From: a virus
Taxonomy: Duplodnaviria; Caudoviricetes
Length of the DNA: 25,033 nt
Strand: one strand, 5' to 3'
IMG/VR virus record: IMGVR_UViG_3300049016_000012
Location: 1-25,033 of that record
This document shows positions 9,409-15,725 of this stretch, piece after piece. Every line of letters begins with the position of its first letter. Within the stretch, counting starts at the first letter, position 1. Position numbers and translations under genes: made by a program. Below the pieces are notes generated by a model, which was not told the origin of the DNA, did not search any database, and saw only the letters and a list, made by a program, of their open reading frames with translations.

Positions 9409-9716
9409 CCACCCCCGACACCCGCCCACGTGAGATGAGCGAAGAGCAGGTGCAGCGCTTGCTCACCGCCATTGCCGGAATGCAAGGCGCAGGAGCGAAG
9501 ATACAGGTCACCGATCGGCGGCTGTCGGCGCTGCAGACTGGCGTGCTAGCCATCGCCGGTACCCTATTCCTGGGCATTTGCACGTGGGGCGTGCTCAAGA
9601 TCACGACGCTGTCTGAGGTTGCGCAGCAGCTGCTGACGCAGAACACCTGGATTATTGATCAGATACGCGACCACGAGCAGAGAATTCGCGAAGGAGAGCG
9701 CCGCCGTGGGCAGTAG
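9405..9716 (+). CDS. Single-TM membrane protein with C-terminal coiled coil (holin/antiholin-like)
   Basis: ATGA overlap. TM segment GVLAIAGTLFLGICTWGVL followed by an IRDHEQRIR coiled coil. First gene of the lysis region. Confidence 0.55.
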   Translation: MTTPDTRPREMSEEQVQRLLTAIAGMQGAGAKIQVTDRRLSALQTGVLAIAGTLFLGICTWGVLKITTLSEVAQQLLTQNTWIIDQIRDHEQRIREGERRRGQ

Positions 9717-9723
9717 CGAAGAC

Positions 9724-9993
9724 ATGGCTGACTGCGAATACCGCAACGAATTCGGCAGGCCTGCGACGATGGTCAATGCAGGCCAGGGCGCGGCTGTGCA
9801 TGCGCCGGTGGATAACAGTGTAAACAAAAGCATGCCGTGGATTGTGCTGGTGGCGATTCTCGCCAGCTCTGCGCTCGGAATCTCGTGGCAGTCCAGTCGC
9901 GCTCAGGACGAAAAGATCAAAGCCCTTGAAACACAGGTCCTGCTGCTGCGCGAGGACGTGAGGCAGGCGACGATTGAAGCAGCGAGGCATTGA
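9724..9993 (+). CDS. Single-TM membrane protein with short coiled coil (lysis region)
   Basis: TM segment WIVLVAILASSALGISW, then heptads IKALETQVLLLREDV. Start uncertain (ATG 9724 or GTG 9706). Confidence 0.55.
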   Translation: MADCEYRNEFGRPATMVNAGQGAAVHAPVDNSVNKSMPWIVLVAILASSALGISWQSSRAQDEKIKALETQVLLLREDVRQATIEAARH

Positions 9994-10098
9994 ATGGCTA
10001 CTCAGCAGGCAGTTGTGATTATCAATCGCGTCATGCGCCGCGTGCGTGATTGGCTGGTATCGATGGGCGATTGGGCGCTGAAGATGATTGGCAAATGA
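9994..10098 (+). CDS. 34-aa amphipathic cationic peptide MATQQAVVIINRVMRRVRDWLVSMGDWALKMIGK (not in the ORF track)
   Basis: ATG abuts the upstream TGA, with GAGG just upstream. Its TGA overlaps the lysozyme ATG (ATGA), so it fills the gap exactly. Confidence 0.65.
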   Translation: MATQQAVVIINRVMRRVRDWLVSMGDWALKMIGK

Positions 10099-10526
10099 TC
10101 TCGCACGGCCAACTCATCGCGCGGCTTGTCCTCGATGAGGACGAAGTCCTGCACGCGTATCCAGATCACCTCGGCTACTTGACCATCGGCGTTGGCCGCC
10201 TCATCGACGAGCGCAAAGGCGGCGGCATCACTCGCGAGGAGTCGCGCTACCTGCTGCGCAACGACATCAATCGGCGGTTGGCCGAGTGCGAGACGCGCTT
10301 CGATTGGTTCTCGGGGCTAGACCACGTGCGACAGCAGGTCATCGTCTGCATGGCATTCCAGCTTGGCACGGCTGGCGTCGCCAAGTTCGTGCGCATGATC
10401 GCAGCGCTGAAGATCCGCGACTACGTCACGGCGAGTATCGAGATGCTTGACAGCGATTGGAATAGGGAGACGCCGACGCGCTGCGAGCGGATGGCGAGAA
10501 TCATGCGATCAGGAGTTTGGGAATGA
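10095..10526 (+). CDS. Endolysin, T4-like lysozyme (GH24)
   Basis: Catalytic E-x8-D-x5-T (E15/D24/T30), TIGVGR, MAFQLG..G..KF..M, and EMLDS.W..ETP.R motifs. ATG 10095 preferred over the ORF-track TTG at 10050. Confidence 0.92.
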   Translation: MISHGQLIARLVLDEDEVLHAYPDHLGYLTIGVGRLIDERKGGGITREESRYLLRNDINRRLAECETRFDWFSGLDHVRQQVIVCMAFQLGTAGVAKFVRMIAALKIRDYVTASIEMLDSDWNRETPTRCERMARIMRSGVWE

Positions 10527-10939
10527 ACGTGCTGCAACTATTGATCGGACCCGTAACACAGCTGCTTGATCGAGTGCTGCCAGACCCGCAGGCGAAGGCC
10601 GCGGCGCAGATGAAGTTGCTCGAACTGCAGCAGACCGGCGAGTTCAAGGAGCTTGATGCGCAGCTGGCACGTGACCTTGGGCAGATCGAAGTCAACAAGG
10701 CCGAAGCCGCCAGCGGCAATGCCTTCGCGAGCTCGTGGCGCCCTCTGTGCGGTTACGTGTGCGTGCTAGGGCTGGCGTATCAGTTCCTGCTGCAGCCGCT
10801 GCTCTCGTGGGGCTCCGGTATCTGGGCAGTGCCCCTGCCGCCGAACCTCGACCTGGGCGACCTGCTGACTCTGCTCGGCGGCATGCTTGGACTAGGGTCG
10901 CTTCGCACCGCCGAGAAGTTCAAGGGTGTCGCGAAATGA
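10523..10939 (+). CDS. Holin of 3TMs (GTA-holin / DUF3154-like)
   Basis: LLDRVLPDP.AKA.AQ, Q.EVNK.EA.S...F.S.WRP..G.VC and L..LL.GMLGLG.LRT.EK.KGV motifs. SD AGGAG and ATGA overlap. Confidence 0.88.
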   Translation: MNVLQLLIGPVTQLLDRVLPDPQAKAAAQMKLLELQQTGEFKELDAQLARDLGQIEVNKAEAASGNAFASSWRPLCGYVCVLGLAYQFLLQPLLSWGSGIWAVPLPPNLDLGDLLTLLGGMLGLGSLRTAEKFKGVAK

Positions 10940-11010
10940 AGCGGAAGGTATGGGGCGTTCTCATGGTGTTCGCCCTCTCGGCGCTCATCGTCCTCGCGGT
11001 GACTTCGTGA
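10936..11010 (+). CDS. 24-aa signal-peptide-like / TM peptide MKRKVWGVLMVFALSALIVLAVTS (possible lipoprotein relic)
   Basis: ATGA overlap with the holin stop. Basic N-terminus followed by a hydrophobic stretch. Confidence 0.45.
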   Translation: MKRKVWGVLMVFALSALIVLAVTS

Positions 11011-11227
11011 GCCCAACCCTGACGCACCTCACCGACTTCTTGCCACGCTCACCGCGCACGATCGGCCCCCAGGTCCAGACCCAGTAATCGCGCATCTGCT
11101 CGCAGTGCTCGAGCGATAGCGCCGGCGTGGTCGAATCCTTGCGCCAGTAGCCGACGTCGACGGAGGTGCGCAGCTCCCAGGAGGCGGGCAGCGCGGTGGC
11201 GGTGAGCAGGATCAGGGTTGCGATCAT
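10985..11227 (-). CDS. Small putative exported protein (signal-peptide-like N-terminus, 2 Cys)
   Basis: ATGA overlap and SD AAGGAG. Hydrophobic N-terminus MIATLILLTATALPA, Trp-rich, one Cys pair. Confidence 0.6.
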   Translation of the reverse strand: MIATLILLTATALPASWELRTSVDVGYWRKDSTTPALSLEHCEQMRDYWVWTWGPIVRGERGKKSVRCVRVGLTKSPRGR

Positions 11228-11712
11228 CTCTCGTAGCTCCTTGCGATTTTCTCCAGCCCCTCAGCCGCCCGACCCTCTCCAACGCGCTGAAGGATCGCGT
11301 ATACCTCATCTGAGACCATGATGTTTCGCGGTCGGCGGCCAGCGCCAACCTCGGGCCGCCCAGGTGGCACGTGGCGCATCTCTACTCCCCGTGTGCCTGT
11401 CTCGATCGTCTTGTCGGCCCAATCATCGCCGACGATGTGGATTGACAGGTGCGCGCGATAGGCGCCTTGGTCGACGGCGAGCTGGCTAATCCGACTGACG
11501 ACGCGCACGGCTAGCACTGAGCAGCGATGCTCGCGGCAGGTATCTCGCACCAGGCCTCGGGCATAGCGGCGCTCACGCTCGTTGGCGTCGCGCTCCTTGT
11601 TCTCGCCGATATCGGTGGGCGCATCACCGAGCTCGTCCGGCCACATAACGAGCAGCTCGATGCCGCCCAGGCGGGCGGCATTCTTGGCCTTGCTCTTGCT
11701 CAGGCTGATCAC
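11224..11712 (-). CDS. Protein with C-terminal ribbon-helix-helix-like DNA-binding domain (possible internal start at 11379)
   Basis: GTG overlaps the upstream TGA, SD GGAGG. C-terminus GRP......RPRNIMVSDEVYAILQRVGEGRAAEGLEKIA fits a beta-strand/helix/turn/helix pattern. Confidence 0.55.
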   Translation of the reverse strand: MISLSKSKAKNAARLGGIELLVMWPDELGDAPTDIGENKERDANERERRYARGLVRDTCREHRCSVLAVRVVSRISQLAVDQGAYRAHLSIHIVGDDWADKTIETGTRGVEMRHVPPGRPEVGAGRRPRNIMVSDEVYAILQRVGEGRAAEGLEKIARSYER

Positions 11713-11963
11713 TGCCGATCTTCCTCCGCCACCACCTGCGCGTAGCTCATGCCCCTGTGACGCTCTGATAGACGCCGGCAGTGCATGGATAGAGAGTGGA
11801 TGGCCTGAGTCAGACGCTGCTTCGTGCGCACGCTGGCGTCCTCGCTGTGAGCTTGCCGCGCCAGGATGGCGACGTTCTCGGCCAAGTCCTGCGCCTTGGC
11901 CGCGGCCCGCTCGTACGCGGCAGCAGTTAGAGGCCTGCTGCCTTGTCGGGTGAATTGGGGCAT
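11709..11963 (-). CDS. Hypothetical helical protein
   Basis: ATG abuts the upstream TAA, SD GGAG, 84 aa. Confidence 0.6.
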   Translation of the reverse strand: MPQFTRQGSRPLTAAAYERAAAKAQDLAENVAILARQAHSEDASVRTKQRLTQAIHSLSMHCRRLSERHRGMSYAQVVAEEDRQ

Positions 11964-12362
11964 TTACCATCTCCAGCCGCGACGCGAGTAGGTGCCCACG
12001 GAAATCAAGGGATCGCTCTGCGACTCGATGTATGAGGGCGTCAACGACCGACGCAGAGATGCGAGCGCATCGTTGGCATCGTCGATCGATGCAAACCGGC
12101 GCCAGCTCCATACGCCTACCTGCCAGGACGCGTGCACCTCGATCGGATTTTCTGCGATCTGGCCCATCTCGGCAGGGCTCCGGTCCGCGAGGCTCATCAC
12201 GTCCCCGCGCGGGACCGCGGTGCGCACCGTTTCCTGGCCGCGCGTCACATATGCGGTTTTCGAATCCAGATCGCGCAGCACGCCTGTCCAATTCTCGACA
12301 CCGTTCGCGTGCCGGGTGATGACCCTGACTTGATCTCCAATCATCAGCAGTTGCTTGCTCAT
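11964..12362 (-). CDS. Hypothetical protein (SH3/KOW-like N-terminal barrel)
   Basis: SD GGAG before ATG 12362. IGDQVRV......W.GV..D......YV pattern. Confidence 0.6.
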   Translation of the reverse strand: MSKQLLMIGDQVRVITRHANGVENWTGVLRDLDSKTAYVTRGQETVRTAVPRGDVMSLADRSPAEMGQIAENPIEVHASWQVGVWSWRRFASIDDANDALASLRRSLTPSYIESQSDPLISVGTYSRRGWRW

Positions 12363-12410
12363 AATTATCTCCGCTCGGCTACTCGCGGCCTGCTCGCTGT
12401 GAGTGACTGT

Positions 12411-12458
12411 CACTCCGGCATGGGTCGGCAGCGCAGGCCTGCCTCCCATGGCGGAATG
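12411..12458 (-). other. Long imperfect intergenic hairpin (possible RNA processing/stability element)
   Basis: Minus strand CATTCCG-C-CATGGG-A-GGCAG-(GCCTGCG)-CTGCC-GA-CCCATG-C-CGGAGTG, directly after a stop codon. Confidence 0.55.
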
Positions 12459-12459
12459 T

Positions 12460-12672
12460 TCAGCAGGCGTATTGAGCTCGCGCGTAAGCCTCCCTGAGCT
12501 CCTCGACACTGAGTTGCGCGGCTGCTTTCCTCCGCGCCGTATCCAATCGCTCCCATTCCGCGCCGTATTCGCCTGGCCCCCGCAATTGCCCTGTCGCCGC
12601 CCGATCAGGCAGCACCTTGAGATCTCTGATCGCCTGGACGTATTCGATATATGCATCGGATTTGTGGGTCAT
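12460..12672 (-). CDS. Hypothetical protein
   Basis: SD GGAG before ATG 12672, 70 aa, predicted helical. Confidence 0.6.
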   Translation of the reverse strand: MTHKSDAYIEYVQAIRDLKVLPDRAATGQLRGPGEYGAEWERLDTARRKAAAQLSVEELREAYARAQYAC

Positions 12673-12713
12673 CTCTTCTCTCCGATTTATGCTCACCGCC
12701 CGTTTCTGGCAGT

Positions 12714-12737
12714 CCTGCCCCTCCGCAGAGAGGCAGG
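12714..12737 (-). other. Intergenic 10-bp stem-loop
   Basis: Minus strand CCTGCCTCTC-TGCG-GAGGGGCAGG, with no U-tract. Confidence 0.5.
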
Positions 12738-12746
12738 GCGGAATGC

Positions 12747-13115
12747 TCAGCCAGCCAGTGCGCGGATGGCCGCGATGCGCTGATTCTGCGACATCGACCG
12801 CCGATAGATGGCATCGATCTGTTCATCGGTTGCGTTCGGCGCGATCTTGCGTGCGGCCGCACGACGCAGGCGAGTCTCCATGTCCTCGACCTCCTCATCG
12901 GTCATTGGGTCGGCCTCGGCGGGATCCCGGTAGTACCAGAGCTGACCGTCGCGGCGCACGACAGGAATCACCGAGCCGCCCCAGTGAGCGCCGGCAATGC
13001 GCGCATCCTCGGAAGCCACCATCACATCCACGCACTCTCCGCTGGGCGAGTGCTGGGCTCGGATGATGTGCTGGCCATTGAGGACAAATCGGTCGAGAAG
13101 TATGTAAGCGCTCAT
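12747..13115 (-). CDS. Hypothetical protein, first gene of the accessory operon
   Basis: SD GGAG before ATG 13115, directly downstream of the predicted promoter, 122 aa. Confidence 0.65.
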   Translation of the reverse strand: MSAYILLDRFVLNGQHIIRAQHSPSGECVDVMVASEDARIAGAHWGGSVIPVVRRDGQLWYYRDPAEADPMTDEEVEDMETRLRRAAARKIAPNATDEQIDAIYRRSMSQNQRIAAIRALAG

Positions 13116-13174
13116 CTGATCTCTCCACCGGTACCCGCCCCGGCGTGGCGTTGGTCTTGATTGACCGCGCAGAG

Positions 13175-13203
13175 ATTGTTGCGCAGGTAAATGCACGAGT
13201 CAA
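13175..13203 (-). promoter_or_regulatory. Sigma70-like leftward promoter
   Basis: TTGACT-17 bp-AACAAT on the minus strand in an AT-enriched intergenic gap about 60 bp before the ATG. Confidence 0.65.
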
Positions 13204-13218
13204 GGTTTATTTGCGCAA
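13179..13218. promoter_or_regulatory. Inverted-repeat operator overlapping the promoter
   Basis: TTGCGCAGGTAAA (13179-13191) and TTTATTTGCGCAA (13206-13218) match at 11/13 as an inverted repeat. An extra GCGCAG lies at 13167. Confidence 0.5.
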
Positions 13219-13228
13219 TTAATCCTGA

Positions 13229-13459
13229 TCAGTGCGGCGGCAGCTTCGGCCACCGGTTGCCGGCGGCCACCTGCCGCTCGGCCCAGAGCCGCCGCGCATG
13301 GATGGCCTCGTGGTGCGCGTTCGCCAGTCGCTCGGCGGCATCGGCCTTGAGGTCCCGCAGGACCTGCAGGAGGTCCTCGCGGGTGGCGGTGAGGTTGGTG
13401 ACGATGCGGCCGTCCGGCAGCAGGTGCGACCATTCGAAGGCGGGGTCTGGCGGGGTCAT
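13229..13459 (-). CDS. Hypothetical protein next to attP (frame stays open across attP to GTG 13687)
   Basis: 76 aa, MTPPDPAFEWSHLLPDGRIV..., with GC-rich third codon positions. No clear SD. Confidence 0.55.
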   Translation of the reverse strand: MTPPDPAFEWSHLLPDGRIVTNLTATREDLLQVLRDLKADAAERLANAHHEAIHARRLWAERQVAAGNRWPKLPPH

Positions 13460-13571
13460 TGGCGAATCGTCGACCAGCCTGCCTGGACAGAGCAAGTCTG
13501 CGATTTCTGCCGGCCGGCATTTGTCTGGAAATACGAGTGCGGACAGCCGGATAGCGTCGATGGCTCGCAAA

Positions 13572-13617
13572 CTTGCCAAGGTTGAGGTCGAGGGTTCGAG
13601 CCCCTTTTCCCGCTCCA
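13572..13617 (+). other. attP core: 3' half of tRNA-Gly (GCC), not a complete tRNA
   Basis: CTTGCCAAGGTTGAGGTCGAGGGTTCGAGCCCCTTTTCCCGCTCCA contains the anticodon loop, T-arm and acceptor 3' strand with CCA. No D-arm or 5' acceptor strand. Lies about 65 bp from the integrase stop. Confidence 0.9.
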
Positions 13618-13619
13618 AA

Positions 13620-13707
13620 TTCAGTGACTTAGAGATCACTGGGACAAATATGGGACAAACTCGGTATGTCCCATTATCCCAGATCACCGCTTCAGATCTG
13701 AGATCAC
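13620..13707. repeat. Putative Int arm-type / IHF / Xis binding sites of attP
   Basis: TGGGACAAA direct repeats (13640, 13651), inverted TGTCCCA (13667), AGATCAC three times (13633, 13681, 13701), and an IHF-like ATTCAGTGACTTA just after the core. Confidence 0.6.
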
Positions 13708-14850
13708 CATCGGTGCCGTTACGGGGTGGTAATCCGCATCGGTGAGAGCCTGTTCCCCGCGGTCCAGATAGATCTGCGTGGTGCGCTGGTGCGCGTGGGT
13801 CATCAGCGCCTGGATAGCATCCTCGGGCATACCCTGAGATCGATACAGGCGGGCACCGAGACCTCGGATCTCGTGGAACGTGGGCCGCTCGCCGGTGGGC
13901 ATGTTGCCGAAACGCTCCACTGCATCACGCGCATCTGCGAAGGCCTTGCTCAGGTAGTCGGGCACCACGTATGTCCAGTGCGGCTTGCCTTCCGTCCATT
14001 CGCGCCGGCGCCGGTCTGGCGCGCGGTGCACCAGGAATGGCGAGGCAATGCCGCTGCGGAGTGATCGGCGACGCAGGTCATCGAGCTGTGCCGTGATGGC
14101 GATCTTGATGAAAGCCATATCCGAGTCGCCACTCACCTTGTCGCGAATGACGAAGAGATGCCCGTCGCGGTAGTCGGCGTGCCGCATGTTGCAGACTTCA
14201 AGGCGCGACTGCAGCGTCACCAGAGACTGATCCATGGCCAGCTGGAGCCATGCAGGGGCCCGCTCATGGATCGCCCGGAAGCCTTGCAGGTCGAGTTGCT
14301 GGCGGGTCTTCTTGTTTGCCTCCAGCTTTTTCGAGGTGCTGCGAGGCTCGATCTTCTCGGGCTCGCACGTAGCTGCAAGCTTTCGGCTCACCGCGAATTT
14401 CCAAAGCAGCACCAGGGCATATCGCCACTTGTTGAACACGTCCGCGCTCGAGCAGAACCCAGCCAGCCACTCCTCGAGGAACATGCAGTCAGTCCGCGCG
14501 ATCGGGCGGGGACCGAGCTCGCGAGCAATCCGGCGCATCTTGTGGAGCATGTTCGAGCGCGTGCCAGCGTCCCAGGGCATGAACTGGAGCTTGTCGGTCT
14601 CCCATTTCGCCACCAGCCCGCCGATTGTCGGCAGCCCGGTGTCGAGCGCGTCGAGCAGCCGCTGTTCCGCCAGCCACTTGTTCAGAGCCTCACCCGACTT
14701 GACGGCCGCCGCCTCGGTTTCGAATCTCTTACGCTTGCCGTTCACGGGATTGCGCACCACCCAGCGGTTTCGCTGCTGGTCGTATGTCACGTTCTCGGGC
14801 AGGTTGTACTTCTTCGGACGCCCCATGGCGGCCGAGTCTATCGAGATCAC
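13684..14850 (-). CDS. int: Tyrosine integrase, lambda family (alternative start ATG 14826)
   Basis: Arm-binding N-terminus GRPKKYNLPEN...RNPVNGKR. Catalytic R (QSR), K (RDK), HxxR (HEIR), H (MTH) and Y (QIY). Transcribed toward the tRNA-derived att site. Confidence 0.95.
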   Translation of the reverse strand: MISIDSAAMGRPKKYNLPENVTYDQQRNRWVVRNPVNGKRKRFETEAAAVKSGEALNKWLAEQRLLDALDTGLPTIGGLVAKWETDKLQFMPWDAGTRSNMLHKMRRIARELGPRPIARTDCMFLEEWLAGFCSSADVFNKWRYALVLLWKFAVSRKLAATCEPEKIEPRSTSKKLEANKKTRQQLDLQGFRAIHERAPAWLQLAMDQSLVTLQSRLEVCNMRHADYRDGHLFVIRDKVSGDSDMAFIKIAITAQLDDLRRRSLRSGIASPFLVHRAPDRRRREWTEGKPHWTYVVPDYLSKAFADARDAVERFGNMPTGERPTFHEIRGLGARLYRSQGMPEDAIQALMTHAHQRTTQIYLDRGEQALTDADYHPVTAPMVISDLKR

Positions 14851-15083
14851 AGCAGTCCCTCCAATTCGGGCGCTTTCGAGGTCTCGGCGTGCTGCTGGTG
14901 CAGGTCACTGCCCGCGGCTGAAACGCGCAAGAATTCGTCCAAATCCACGTAGTAGCGTGCCCCGTGGCGCTTACCCCCGGGAATCTCGCCTCTGCTGATC
15001 TGCGCGCGCAGGGTGCTCTCGGCGGGCGCCGAGTCGGGTGTGTATATCAGCCGGCGGAACTCCTTGAGGTTGGCGAGTCGCAT
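14847..15083 (-). CDS. xis: Excisionase
   Basis: MRL..L.EF......P...P...TLR.QI..G.IPG...HG.RYYVD winged-helix Xis pattern. Its stop overlaps the integrase start. Confidence 0.8.
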   Translation of the reverse strand: MRLANLKEFRRLIYTPDSAPAESTLRAQISRGEIPGGKRHGARYYVDLDEFLRVSAAGSDLHQQHAETSKAPELEGLL

Positions 15084-15090
15084 GTATTGC

Positions 15091-15405
15091 TCACAGCCCG
15101 CGCAACCGGTTGGCCTTCGCCTCTGGCGACAGTTCATGTTCCTTGGTGCCCTCAAGCAAAGAGGCGCCGAACGAACTGGGCTGAGGCTTCGAGTTTCCGA
15201 CCAGTGGCATGCCGGGACTGAATGACTGCTTGCTGGACAACTCCAGCTTGCGCACCTCGATCTGAGTCTGAACCGAGTTGAGCAGTGTCTGTGCCACCTG
15301 AGATATAGCTTTGGCGCGGTTCGCGTCGATGGCCCCAGTCTTGACGCCTTCCAGCGTCTCGAAAAGCACCTCGCGCAATCTGCACATCGTGCCTTGGTCA
15401 GCCAT
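15091..15405 (-). CDS. Conserved hypothetical phage protein
   Basis: LRE.LFETLE.VK.G.ID..RAKAI..VAQT..NS motif, typical of a common small phage family. SD GGAGG. Confidence 0.7.
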   Translation of the reverse strand: MADQGTMCRLREVLFETLEGVKTGAIDANRAKAISQVAQTLLNSVQTQIEVRKLELSSKQSFSPGMPLVGNSKPQPSSFGASLLEGTKEHELSPEAKANRLRGL

Positions 15406-15697
15406 GAGCCTTTGCCTCCCGTTCAATCTTGCGACAGAGTTTCCGAAGTGCTTCGATTTCGTCGAGTGCGCGAGATAGCGGCCGGAGTATGTTCCAACAA
15501 GCCATGCACAGCGTCAGGCTCAGGTCAGCACGGTACTGCACCTGCTTCGGCGTACTGCGTCGCTGACATCGCTCGCAGTCCTGCAGCGGGGTATACGGCG
15601 CGTAGTGCACCGGCATGACGTTCTTGCGAGGCGCGCCAGCCTTGGTCATCGGCCACGGACACGGATACACATCGACCAGGAGCGTGTGTTTGCTCAT
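15398..15697 (-). CDS. Zinc-finger protein (CxxC...CxxC)
   Basis: CERC and CMAC pairs, with coupled overlaps at both ends. Confidence 0.6.
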   Translation of the reverse strand: MSKHTLLVDVYPCPWPMTKAGAPRKNVMPVHYAPYTPLQDCERCQRRSTPKQVQYRADLSLTLCMACWNILRPLSRALDEIEALRKLCRKIEREAKAHG

Positions 15698-15725
15698 CCG
15701 CGCTCCGCCGGCAGGGTGAGGGAGG

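Noticed and set aside
9795-9827. Three DnaA-box-like 9-mers at 12-bp spacing (TGTGCATGC, GGTGGATAA, TGTAAACAA)
   Set aside because: Only one is near consensus, they lie inside a lysis-region CDS, and no AT-rich unwinding element is nearby.
11713-12291. N-terminal part of the 355-aa ORF-track call 11224..12291
   Set aside because: Arg-rich out-of-frame overlap with two better-supported genes. The real start is likely GTG 11712.
13545-13617. Complete tRNA-Gly gene
   Set aside because: No 5' acceptor strand or D-arm, and the anticodon stem is mismatched. It is an att core.
14158-14998. Long + strand ORFs (264 and 254 aa) opposite the integrase
   Set aside because: Antisense shadows of a GC-rich gene, with no SD or recognisable motifs.
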